Assembly (NCBI GenBank): GCA_965117025.1
Contig: OZ220746.1
Location: 2,357,650 to 2,421,649 of the forward strand
DNA length: 64,000 nt
Source of the DNA: Rhodothermales bacterium
GTDB lineage: Bacteria > Bacteroidota > Rhodothermia > Rhodothermales > VXPQ01
Reading direction: 5' to 3'
The notes under the pieces are model-generated. The model did not search any database and was not told the DNA's origin. It saw only the letters and a list, made by a program, of their open reading frames with translations. Shown here piece after piece: positions 44,953-53,409 of this stretch. The translations under genes and the position numbers were made by a program. Numbering within the stretch: position 1 is the first letter of the stretch; each line of letters begins with the position of its first letter.

Positions 44953-45273
44953 TTACTGAAAGTTCAGCCCGATCAGATTCAGGATACCGATAAAAACAAG
45001 GGTACCGGCAATAGCCGTTCCGACGACCCACTTGATGATCCTGGACTCTCCCTCTTTAACCCCGGCGCGGAGGTCCGAAATTCCCGTCCGTACCTCTGTC
45101 CGGACTCCTGCAATTTCGGTTCGTACTTCCGCAATTTCGGTTCGTACTTCCGCAATCTCGGTCCGTACTTCCGCAATCTCGGTCCGCACGAAGTCCTTCG
45201 TGGCAATGCCATGCTCAAGCAGTTCCTTGTACTCCATCGTTACCGGCGTTTGAGAAGAATGGCGCAGCAACAT
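44953..45273 (-). CDS. Small tail-anchored protein with tandem heptad repeats (VRTEIAE x4)
   Basis: KDFVRTEIAEVRTEIAEVRTEIAEVRTEIAGVRTEVRTGISDLRAGV, then a C-terminal TM segment (IIKWVVGTAIAGTLVFIGILNLIGL). Alternative start at MEYKELL (45237). Resembles DUF1640/XhlA-like coiled-coil membrane proteins, but this is not verified. Confidence 0.55.
   Translation of the reverse strand: MLLRHSSQTPVTMEYKELLEHGIATKDFVRTEIAEVRTEIAEVRTEIAEVRTEIAGVRTEVRTGISDLRAGVKEGESRIIKWVVGTAIAGTLVFIGILNLIGLNFQ
45110..45193 (-). repeat. 21-bp tandem repeat, about 4 copies (coding, heptad units)
   Basis: 45110..45130 and 45131..45151 are identical (gcaatttcggttcgtacttcc). 45152..45172 is gcaatctcggtccgtacttcc. The fourth copy, from 45173, is partial. 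Confidence 0.9.
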
Positions 45274-45380
45274 AATTGCATTACGTCTTCTGCCCCGCTT
45301 GGGGTCCGGAAAAAATCACAAAATTGCTTTTTACCGGTTTTCGTGGCGTCATGCACCATGCGTTACGCTTCATGCCGGGT

Positions 45381-45447
45381 GGATTCGAGAGCATGCGGGC
45401 TACAGCGTCGGTTCCATACAGACACCCCCGCCCTGTAAACATAACCC
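45381..45447 (-). repeat. Copy X3 of a conserved noncoding element (see 52274 and 52347)
   Basis: Minus-strand reading ggttatgtttacagggcgggggtgtctgtatggaaccgacgctgtagcccgcatgctctcgaatcc aligns with 52347..52433. Lies ~175 nt upstream of the 44953..45273 gene, in the same orientation. Confidence 0.6.
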
Positions 45448-46001
45448 TTTGAGGATAAATAAACGTGAACAAGCGACCGGATCAGTGGCGACGCAGGGCG
45501 ATCTCTACGCTGTGCTTCTTCCGGAATTATATCCGGTTCGGACGAAACTCGAAACGTTCGAGGAGTTCGGCTGGTGTACACTATCAATACGGACGGAGAG
45601 TTATCTTTGTCTTGAACAAAGAACTACAGATTGGCCTTGGGGTATGATGAAACCGAGATGAATCGGAACCGTAGATGCGTCCTTGAACTTGCTCTCGGAT
45701 GACGCGGTCGGACCTCGCTTGCGGGCCGGCGAGAGATGCCGTATCCGCGCAGCGCCATCCACTGTAGGAACCCCGCACAGCCTGCAGGGCATCGCTCCGG
45801 CGCAAGTCAAACTCGCATGTCACGGCACGGCAGTGCTGTTTTGCACATTTTTCGCCGTGTTTGTCGCCATATTGGCCTTTGGGGCCAAATCGGTGGGTCT
45901 TCAACCTGCAATATCCGGCATCGGTGCAAACTCAACCCTGTGTCGGTGTTGATCCCACTGATTCACCTGGCGCACCGAAAACCCGTTTTTTCCACGGGTT
46001 C

Positions 46002-47111
46002 TTAGTTATCGTAGCGCCATCCCTCGACAGTCATGTTGGTCCCGTTCAGGTCACCATAGACACTGATCGGCAGTCCAAGAATGGTGGACGGAAGTCCCAC
46101 TCCAGATGCAAATGTGAGTGTGTATGTTGTTCCTCCAGCGACGAAGCTCGATAGGCCGTCGTAGTCCTCGTCTCCAACAAGAAAATCCTTGTCGGTGGCG
46201 TACTCCCAATCGTATGCTGTCTGTGTACCATCCTCGACAGCAAATTTTATTAGTTTGGATGCAGATCCGGACGGCTTTGCTTCATCAATATCTATGAGAT
46301 CAGCCCAGGTAATAGCCCCATCGCAGCTCGTGTCGCCGCCGCCATGCTCCTTGATTTCATCTGGAATGCCGTGGTAAATCGCATAACACATCTCATATCC
46401 ACCTATGCCGGGGACATCCGTGCCACTGCATCTCGCAGCGCTTTCGCCCGTGCAGTCAATGGTTTCTTCGTCAAATATACCCTCTATGGACCATGCCCAG
46501 ACATCAGGGGGTAGGGACTGATGCTCATCCAGCCAGTGAGCGAGAAAGTGATCGTCTGTACCGCTTCCCTCAGAACGTATAGTGTCATATATCAGGTACG
46601 TCGTGTAGGGCTCGAGCAGGTCATCATTATCCGTGTCTTCACATTTGTTAACGCCTGCATATTCGTTTTCCCTTAGCCCGATAACCAAGTTGTAACCCTT
46701 AGATACGCCAGTCCAAGATGTGCATTCGTGATCATACGATTTCCTTGCAATGGTCGGGTGGTCGCCCATAATCGGAACGAAATTAAATTCCGTGGCCAAG
46801 TAGTCGTGCATGATACTTTCACCATCCTCATTCTCCGCACCTTCTCCCCAGCAAGATTTCAGCAATAGTTCGCCTATTGCAATCGACTGAGTCTCAAAGT
46901 CCTCTTCGCATGGCAGGGTGTCCGTTGCATAGGACAAGGCCCTTTGCCGGGGTGCTGACGAGGATTCTTCAAGTGACAGGGTCTTGTCATCAGCAAGCAC
47001 CTTGCTCTGTGTTATTTGGGCATCGTCGCACGAGGCGATCCAAGGCAGGACCAGAATGCCGATTCCCAATCGCAAGACAGGAGTAAATACCTGAAAGCAT
47101 ATGCAGCGCAT
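46002..47111 (-). CDS. Hypothetical acidic Cys-rich lipoprotein (low-GC gene)
   Basis: Signal/lipobox GIGILVLPWIASCDD. 369 aa with no recognisable domain. A hand count of one line gave ~40% GC, against ~65% in flanking genes. Confidence 0.6.
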   Translation of the reverse strand: MRCICFQVFTPVLRLGIGILVLPWIASCDDAQITQSKVLADDKTLSLEESSSAPRQRALSYATDTLPCEEDFETQSIAIGELLLKSCWGEGAENEDGESIMHDYLATEFNFVPIMGDHPTIARKSYDHECTSWTGVSKGYNLVIGLRENEYAGVNKCEDTDNDDLLEPYTTYLIYDTIRSEGSGTDDHFLAHWLDEHQSLPPDVWAWSIEGIFDEETIDCTGESAARCSGTDVPGIGGYEMCYAIYHGIPDEIKEHGGGDTSCDGAITWADLIDIDEAKPSGSASKLIKFAVEDGTQTAYDWEYATDKDFLVGDEDYDGLSSFVAGGTTYTLTFASGVGLPSTILGLPISVYGDLNGTNMTVEGWRYDN

Positions 47112-47257
47112 GGAATTATAGAGTCTTTTTAAGGGATCAGAAAGTCAAGATCATCGACCCGCTCGACTATCGGCCAGTGCGGATCACTGGTCTTCATAGT
47201 ATACAAAGATTGAGAGTATACACACCTCTTTCTTGAGTACCAATATACCACCACGAT

Positions 47258-47745
47258 TCACCTGGATTTCATCTTCCCGGTCTGCTTGATGATCCGGGTT
47301 ACCGAGAAATGATCCGAAAAACCCCGACATTTTTTCGCGGATTTAAGTATACTGTCGCTTCGGGTTATGCCGCGTACACGTTGTCCAGCCAGCGACCCTT
47401 CCAGTCCATAGAAATGCGCCCGCCGGTGCGCCTTCAGTGCACCCGTGAATGCCTCTATCGGTCGTGACCGAGCGCCTTCGATAAACAATCCTTCTCCACC
47501 GATAATTCCTCGATCTTTGCGCGAAGCGCCTGAATCTTCCTGTCGCGTTCGCCGGGAACGTTGCGACTTCGGAAAAACGCCTCCTCGGCGCTCTCCAGCA
47601 ACTGTTTCTTTTAGGGCTGTATCTGGTTCGGGTGCACCTCAAAGCGTTCTGTGAATTCGGCCGGCGTGCTGTCGCCACGAACGGCAGCAAGAGCTAACTT
47701 CGCCCTGAACGAAGAACGACGAATTCTGCGCGTTCGTTTTGACAT
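47258..47745 (-). mobile_element. Decayed IS3-family insertion sequence remnant (orfA with an in-frame stop, joined to an orfB C-terminal fragment)
   Basis: Minus strand: MSKRTRRIRRSSFRAKLALAAVRGDSTPAEFTERFEVHPNQIQP*KKQLLESAEEAFF...KIQALRAKIEELSVEKDCLSKAL, which is IS3 OrfA-like, with TAA at 47611..47613. Further on, a frameshifted RISMDWKGRWLDNVYAA* fragment resembles the DDE transposase tail (SMDGKGRWLDNVF). Most of orfB is missing and the terminal IRs were not identified. Confidence 0.75.
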
Positions 47746-47876
47746 GGGTTCCCGCCATGTCGATTCAATCGAAACAAAGTCGCAACAGTACACCTTAAAT
47801 TCCGCCAAAATCTGTCCAATCAAGCCGAACCGCCTCTGCCCGCCCGCAGCCGTCACTATCTCCCCCACCAAAATCC

Positions 47877-48668
47877 ATGGGATCCGCACAAACCTACTAC
47901 GACAAAACCATTAACCTGCTGGAACGTCTGCGGGATACGCAGCTTCCCCACATCGAGCAGGCTGCCGAGTTGTGCGCCGAGCGCATCGCCAGAGGGGGGC
48001 TCGTATTTCTCTTCGGCGCCGGGCACTCCCGGATGATGTGTGAGGAAATGACCCCGAGGCAAGGCGGCTTTGTGGGTTTCGTGGCCCTCGTGGAGCACGC
48101 CATTTCGAATCATTCCTCCATTGTGGGGGCGAATGGCCTCCGCGGACCGCTTTTTCTCGAGAAATACGAGGGCTATGCCGAAGAAATTCTGAAAGGATTC
48201 CGTTTCGGCCCGCATGACGCATTCATTATCATTTCGACATCCGGGATTCGCCCGCTCATCGTGGAAATGGCGCTGGGCGCGCAGCGCCGCGGCATGCCGG
48301 TGATCGGTATCTTGTCCCGGCATCATTGCGAGCAATCGCCGCCGGCCCATTCCTCCGGCAAGAAACTCGTGGATGTCGCCGATGTGGTGCTGGACAACCT
48401 GTCTCCTCCGGGGGATTGCGTACTGGAGCTGGAAGGAATGGAGTGGCGTACGGGCCCCGTGTCCACTGTCACAGGTGGCATGTTGATCAACATGTTGCGC
48501 GTGGAGGTGGCGGAGCGGCTCCTTGCAAACGGCATCTGCCCGGAGGTGCTTCCAAGTCACCAGTTCGTGGGCGACACGAGCGCCGAGGAACAACTGGATC
48601 GTTTTTACGAGGCCTACCGCAAGAGCCTGGCGCACATGTATACCGGGAATAACTCGGAGCATGCCTGA
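47877..48668 (+). CDS. SIS domain protein (UPF0309-like sugar isomerase domain)
   Basis: GGLVFLFGAGHSRMMCEEM..., AFIIISTSGIRPLIVEMALGAQRRGMPVIGI. Confidence 0.8.
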   Translation: MGSAQTYYDKTINLLERLRDTQLPHIEQAAELCAERIARGGLVFLFGAGHSRMMCEEMTPRQGGFVGFVALVEHAISNHSSIVGANGLRGPLFLEKYEGYAEEILKGFRFGPHDAFIIISTSGIRPLIVEMALGAQRRGMPVIGILSRHHCEQSPPAHSSGKKLVDVADVVLDNLSPPGDCVLELEGMEWRTGPVSTVTGGMLINMLRVEVAERLLANGICPEVLPSHQFVGDTSAEEQLDRFYEAYRKSLAHMYTGNNSEHA

Positions 48669-49659
48669 GGAATACGTCATAGGATTCGATGTCGGGGGGA
48701 CCCGTATCAAGAGCGGGGCCGTATCGGCCTCCGGCGAACTGACGGAGCCGGGCGTCCGGCCGTCGGGGTTCTCCTTGCCGCCGGAGGAGATTCTTGGCGC
48801 CATGGCGGAAGAGACGGAACGGATTTCGGAAGCCCTCGGGCGCCGGCCTGCGGCAATCGGACTCGGATTTCCCGGCGCCGTCGATCCGGAATTCGGGAGC
48901 GTGCTCCTGCCCGGCAAACTGAAAGTGGAGGGGTTTCCCATTGTGCCTCGTCTGACGGAGGCCACGGGCGTCCCGGTCATTGCGGACAACGATGCGCGCC
49001 TGTGTATTCTTGCGGAAGCCCGCTACGGGTTAGCGCAAGGCCGCAAGTGGGTCGTCACGATTACGCTGGGAACCGGTGTGGGATCGGGGGTGATGCTCGA
49101 CGGCAAGGTGCTCCGCGATCCGCATCTTATGTTCGGCACGCAGGCGAGCCACATCATTCAGGATGCGCATAGCGACCGGCGCTGCATTACGCGGGGGATG
49201 GGCACCGCCAATATCTTATGCGCGGCGGCGAGTCTCGCCATGATGGCGCGGGATGGCCTTCAGCGCGGGTTGCCGTCGGTGCTCAACGACTTGTATTTCG
49301 AGAACCCTCATGCCGTCGATTTCGCGGCGGTCATCCGCGGGGTGGAAGAGAAAGACGCCTTGTGTCTGGATGTCCTGGATCGGTGGACAACGGCCCTCGG
49401 ATGGTTTCTGGTCAGCGTGGTGCATATGTACGCCCCTGAAATCATTATTCTTGGAGGCGGGGGCGCAAACGCCGCAGAACATTTTCTGGACCGGGTGCAG
49501 GCGCACATCGACGGGCATGTTTTTCGATACCCGCGGGGAAGTTCGGTCCCTGTCGTACTTTCGGAATTGGGAAATCATGCAGGAGTTCTCGGCGCGGCGG
49601 CGCTTGCCTGGGAACGGGCGGAGCGTGCAGCATCGGGCGAGCAGGGAGACGCAGGGTGA
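48661..49659 (+). CDS. ROK family sugar kinase
   Basis: ORF 48523..49659 trimmed to ATG 48661 (MPEEYVIGFDVGGTRIKSGAV). ADNDARLCILAEARYG, ITLGTGVGSGVMLDGK. 8-nt overlap with the SIS gene. Confidence 0.85.
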   Translation: MPEEYVIGFDVGGTRIKSGAVSASGELTEPGVRPSGFSLPPEEILGAMAEETERISEALGRRPAAIGLGFPGAVDPEFGSVLLPGKLKVEGFPIVPRLTEATGVPVIADNDARLCILAEARYGLAQGRKWVVTITLGTGVGSGVMLDGKVLRDPHLMFGTQASHIIQDAHSDRRCITRGMGTANILCAAASLAMMARDGLQRGLPSVLNDLYFENPHAVDFAAVIRGVEEKDALCLDVLDRWTTALGWFLVSVVHMYAPEIIILGGGGANAAEHFLDRVQAHIDGHVFRYPRGSSVPVVLSELGNHAGVLGAAALAWERAERAASGEQGDAG

Positions 49660-49825
49660 TCGGGCGGTAGAGGGCGAATGGCGGCTCGGGTGCGGTGCGG
49701 GTGCAGGGCGGCAAAGCGCAGGGGTAGCAGGGAGGCTGGGCGTTTCCCTGTCCAAGTGTAGTGCGGGATTAGCAAAAGAGGGCAAAATTACTTTGCGGAC
49801 GTAATCAGAGTATCCTAAAGAAACA

Positions 49826-51232
49826 ATGAAGTCACATTTCGTAACATCTTCTTCGTGTCTGATAGCCTGTTTGCTCATATTCATGGCGGGAAGCGTTGCC
49901 GGAGAGGACAGGCCGGCGCAACAGAATAATAGTGGTAGTGATATATCCCGCTCCGTTCCTGTGACATCCTACGATGCTCCCTTGACACCTTCCGACACCC
50001 CCTCGATATTTCCCGACGCCTTGACATCCTCCGACACTCCCTCGATACCGCCTGACACCCTGGACCTGCTCATTTCGGGCGGACACGTCATCGACCCGAA
50101 AAACGGCGTGGACGGCGTGCGCGACGTGGGAATCGCCGATGGGCGCATCGCCGAAGTGGCCGAACATATCGATCCCGCGCGGGCGAAACAGGTGGTGGAT
50201 GCCTCCGAGCTCTATGTAGCACCGGGTTTCATCGACCTGCACGCCCATGTATTTCACGGCACCACGGCGGACAACTATCTGGCGAACAGCTACGGCAGCC
50301 TGCCGCCGGACGCCTTCACCTTCCGGTCCGGCGTGACGACGATCGTGGATACGGGCGGGCCCGGTTGGCGCACTCTCCGCACATTCATCGAACAAACCGT
50401 GGACCATGCGGAAACCCGGGTGCTGGCGTTCCTGAATATCGTGGGTCAGGGGATGAAGGGGGAGCCTATCGAGCAGGACCTGTCCGACATGGACCCCAAA
50501 CTGACGGCGATGGCCGCCGGGCTGCACGCGGATGTGGTTGTGGGCGTGAAACTGGCCCACTACCTCGGACCGGACTGGACTCCCGTGGAACGGGCTGTGG
50601 AGGCGGGACGGCAAGCCGGTATGCCCGTAATGATCGATTTCGGGAGAGCCGAGCCCCCGTTGCCGCTGCGAGAGCTTTTCCTGGATTACCTTCGCCCCGG
50701 CGACATCTTTACTCATGCGTATGCGGCGGTATCACGCCGCGAAGCCATTGTGGAGGATGGAGTGCTGCGGCCTTTTGTGCTTGAAGCGGCGGAGCGCGGC
50801 ATTGTGTTCGATGTGGGGCATGGCGGCGGCAGCTTCGTCTATTCCGTAGCCGTTCCTGCCGTGGAAGCAGGCCTCTGGCCGCACACGATCAGCACGGACC
50901 TGCATACCGGCAGCATGAATCACGGGATGAAGGATATGGCGAATGTCATGTCCAAATTTCTCAATCTCGGCATGCCGCTCGAAGAAGTGATCCGTGCCTC
51001 GACCTGGACCCCGGCGCAAGTGATCCAGCGGGACGAACTGGGGCATCTGGATGTGGGGGCCGAGGCGGATGTGACGGTGTTCCGGGTCCGTGCAGGAAAT
51101 TTCGGATTCTGGGATATAGAAGGGTATCGGATGGATGGCGCCCATAAAATCGAGGCGGAACTCACCATGCGGGCGGGCCGCGTGGTGTGGGATTTGAATG
51201 GTATTTCCAAAGAAGCATGGGTACAGGAATGA
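49826..51232 (+). CDS. Amidohydrolase/deacetylase family metallohydrolase with signal peptide and Pro/Ser/Thr linker
   Basis: Signal CLIACLLIFMAGSVAGE. LLISGGHVIDPKNGVDGVRDVGIADGRIAEV, APGFIDLHAHVF (HxH metal motif). The linker is encoded by a 39-bp tandem repeat (49981..50058). Confidence 0.8.
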   Translation: MKSHFVTSSSCLIACLLIFMAGSVAGEDRPAQQNNSGSDISRSVPVTSYDAPLTPSDTPSIFPDALTSSDTPSIPPDTLDLLISGGHVIDPKNGVDGVRDVGIADGRIAEVAEHIDPARAKQVVDASELYVAPGFIDLHAHVFHGTTADNYLANSYGSLPPDAFTFRSGVTTIVDTGGPGWRTLRTFIEQTVDHAETRVLAFLNIVGQGMKGEPIEQDLSDMDPKLTAMAAGLHADVVVGVKLAHYLGPDWTPVERAVEAGRQAGMPVMIDFGRAEPPLPLRELFLDYLRPGDIFTHAYAAVSRREAIVEDGVLRPFVLEAAERGIVFDVGHGGGSFVYSVAVPAVEAGLWPHTISTDLHTGSMNHGMKDMANVMSKFLNLGMPLEEVIRASTWTPAQVIQRDELGHLDVGAEADVTVFRVRAGNFGFWDIEGYRMDGAHKIEAELTMRAGRVVWDLNGISKEAWVQE

Positions 51233-52269
51233 CTTTTTACGCAGGGACGTATTCGGAGCGGGGAAGCAAGGGGATCTACACCGGGCAATTCGATCTGCAA
51301 ACCGGCGCGATGCAGATCACCGGCCATGTCGGAGGTATACAGAATCCTTCCTTCCTGACCCTTGACGCCTCCGGGAAGGTTTTATATGCGGTCAGCGAGA
51401 CGCTCGAATTCGAGGGGGTGTTCGGCGGGGGGCTGCATGCGTTCGGCGTCGACAATGGCTTGCATGCGATCAATGCGGTACCCACGCACGGCACGGATCC
51501 GTGCTATGTGGCGCTTACGCCGGACGGGCAGTTCGTGCTCGTTTCCAATTACAGCAGCGGGAGCCTCGCCGTGTTTGCGGTGCGCGAGGATGGCGGGGTA
51601 AGCGAGGCGGTTACTTTCGTGCAGCACGAGGGGGCTTCCGGCGTGAATCCTGCGCGGCAGGAAGGGCCACATGCGCATTGCATCGTGCCCGATGCGACGG
51701 GCCGGTATGCAGTGGTGGCCGACCTGGGACAGGATCGCGTGCTGGTGTACCAACTTGGCGAGGACGGTAGCCTGCATTCTGTAGATCAGTCCCCGATCGA
51801 TCTGGCGCCGGGCGCCGGTCCCCGGCATTTCGTGTTCCATCCCGACGGGGCTCGCGCCTTCGTGATCAACGAGTTAGGTTCCACGGTAACGGCTTTCGAC
51901 TGGGACGCTGCACAGGGCAGGCTCACGGAAACGCAGACGATCACCACGTTGCCGGAGGATTTTATCGAGCGAAACGATTCGGCAGACCTGCATGTGCATC
52001 CGAACGGGCGGTTTCTGTATGGATCGAACCGAGGCCACGATAGCATCGCGGTATTCGAAATCGCTTCGGATGGATTGCGGCCTGTGCAGCACATCCATAC
52101 CGGCGGGCACTGGCCGCGCAATTTCTGCATCCATGACCGTTTCCTGCTGGTAGCCAACCGGCACACGGACCGTATTGCCGTTTTTGAGATCGACGAGGGG
52201 ACCGGGAAGTTGTCCGCGACCGGTCAGGGGCTCGATATGCCTTCCCCTGTGTGCATTTGTTTTGCCTGA
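51229..52269 (+). CDS. Lactonase family protein (7-bladed beta-propeller, 6-phosphogluconolactonase-like)
   Basis: ORF 51187..52269 trimmed to ATG 51229 (ATGA overlap with the upstream stop). GTDPCYVALTPDGQFVLVSNYSSGSLAVF, GPRHFVFHPDGARAFVINELGSTVTAF, NGRFLYGSNRGHDSIAVFEI. Confidence 0.85.
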   Translation: MTFYAGTYSERGSKGIYTGQFDLQTGAMQITGHVGGIQNPSFLTLDASGKVLYAVSETLEFEGVFGGGLHAFGVDNGLHAINAVPTHGTDPCYVALTPDGQFVLVSNYSSGSLAVFAVREDGGVSEAVTFVQHEGASGVNPARQEGPHAHCIVPDATGRYAVVADLGQDRVLVYQLGEDGSLHSVDQSPIDLAPGAGPRHFVFHPDGARAFVINELGSTVTAFDWDAAQGRLTETQTITTLPEDFIERNDSADLHVHPNGRFLYGSNRGHDSIAVFEIASDGLRPVQHIHTGGHWPRNFCIHDRFLLVANRHTDRIAVFEIDEGTGKLSATGQGLDMPSPVCICFA

Positions 52270-52273
52270 AGGG

Positions 52274-52307
52274 AGTTATGTTTGAAGGGAGCAGGTGTCT
52301 GTATGGA
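52274..52307 (+). repeat. Copy X1 (partial) of the conserved noncoding element
   Basis: agttatgtttgaagggagcaggtgtctgtatgga, starting 73 nt upstream of the X2 start. Contains TATGTTTG. Confidence 0.6.
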
Positions 52308-52346
52308 CTTGCCCTGGTTTCATGCTGCAACGGGTCATTACCCTAC

Positions 52347-52433
52347 AGGTTATGTTTGAGGGAAACAGGTGTCTGTATGGATCCGTTGTCGTAACCCGTA
52401 TGCACTCGAAATCTCTGAAATCCGCTCGAATCC
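52347..52433 (+). repeat. Copy X2 of the conserved noncoding element, upstream of the PD40 lipoprotein gene
   Basis: aggttatgtttgagggaaacaggtgtctgtatggatccgttgtcgtaacccgtatgcactcgaa...ctcgaatcc. Starts 124 nt before ATG 52471. Contains TATGTTTG (52351..52358). Confidence 0.6.
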
Positions 52434-52470
52434 GTACCCCCTCCACCCCGAACCCATACGTATATTTCTC

Positions 52471-53409
52471 ATGCTCCGTACCTCTTTCGCATTCACCGCC
52501 TCGCTACTGCTCCTGACCGGGTGTGCTCCGCAGGCCGATCCGGACACCACGAATAATCCGACAGACGAAGCTGCTCCTGTGCTGTACAGTTCGCTGGAAA
52601 CGATCGACATCGAAACGGGGGAACGCGAGGTCGTGCTCACGCTCCCTGCGCATTTCGAGGCGCCCAACTGGTCGCCCGACGGGACGTATTTCCTGTTCAA
52701 TTCGGGGGGCAGGATATTCCGGTTGCCGGTCGAAGGAGGCGAGCCCGCACTGGTCGACGCCGGATTCGCGGTGCGATCGAACAACGATCACGGCATCTCG
52801 CCGGATGGCAAGACGCTTATTATCAGCGACGGTACGGAAGAGGGGGTGTCTATTATCTACACGCTGCCCATCGAAGGGGGCGAGCCGCGTCGCGTGACCG
52901 AACACGGCCCGTCTTACTGGCATGGTGTATCTCCGGATGGTCAGATGCTGGCTTACACGGGTCTGCGCAACGACGACTACGACATTTACGCGATCTCCGC
53001 GGAAGGCGGCGAGGAGACCCGGCTAACGACGGCTCCGGGGCTGGACGACGGGCCGGATTATTCGCCGGACGGGCGATACATCTACTTCAATTCGGTACGC
53101 ACCGGCGCCATGCAGATCTATCGCATGGATGCGACCGGCGGCAATGTGGAAGCCCTCACCTCGGATCCTTATAACGACTGGTTTCCGCATCCGTCGCCCG
53201 ACGGGAAATGGATTGCGTTTCTCTCGTACGAGCCGGATGTGGAAGGGCACCCGCCCAACAAGGACGTGATGCTGCGGATTATCCCGGCGGAGGGCGGCGA
53301 ACCCCGCGTGCTGGCGCACCTCTTCGGGGGACAGGGTACGATCAATGTGCCGTCCTGGGCGCCCGACAGCAAACGGTTCGCGTTCGTCAGTTACAGACTG
53401 GAGGAATAA
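52471..53409 (+). CDS. TolB-like PD40/WD40-like beta-propeller repeat lipoprotein
   Basis: ORF 52369..53409 trimmed to ATG 52471 ([20 protein letters not shown] lipobox). Repeated ...SPDG(K/T/Q/R)x... units ([61 protein letters not shown]). Confidence 0.75.
   Translation: MLRTSFAFTASLLLLTGCAPQADPDTTNNPTDEAAPVLYSSLETIDIETGEREVVLTLPAHFEAPNWSPDGTYFLFNSGGRIFRLPVEGGEPALVDAGFAVRSNNDHGISPDGKTLIISDGTEEGVSIIYTLPIEGGEPRRVTEHGPSYWHGVSPDGQMLAYTGLRNDDYDIYAISAEGGEETRLTTAPGLDDGPDYSPDGRYIYFNSVRTGAMQIYRMDATGGNVEALTSDPYNDWFPHPSPDGKWIAFLSYEPDVEGHPPNKDVMLRIIPAEGGEPRVLAHLFGGQGTINVPSWAPDSKRFAFVSYRLEE

Noticed and set aside
45110-45193. CRISPR-like array suggested by regularly spaced 21-bp repeats.
   Set aside because: The repeats are directly adjacent with no spacers. 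They are in frame inside a coding sequence (VRTEIAE heptads), and no cas genes are present.
45281-45952. Several 60-120 aa ORFs (45281..45472 -, 45299..45661 +, 45584..45904 -, 45683..45952 +).
   Set aside because: They overlap one another and none has a motif. The similarity between 45281..45472 and 52295..52516 is explained by the noncoding X element at the DNA level.
47221-47860. Terminal inverted repeats of the IS3 remnant.
   Set aside because: The candidate ends compared (tgattggacagatt... near 47840 and gattgagagtata near 47200) match too poorly, so the boundaries are left undefined.
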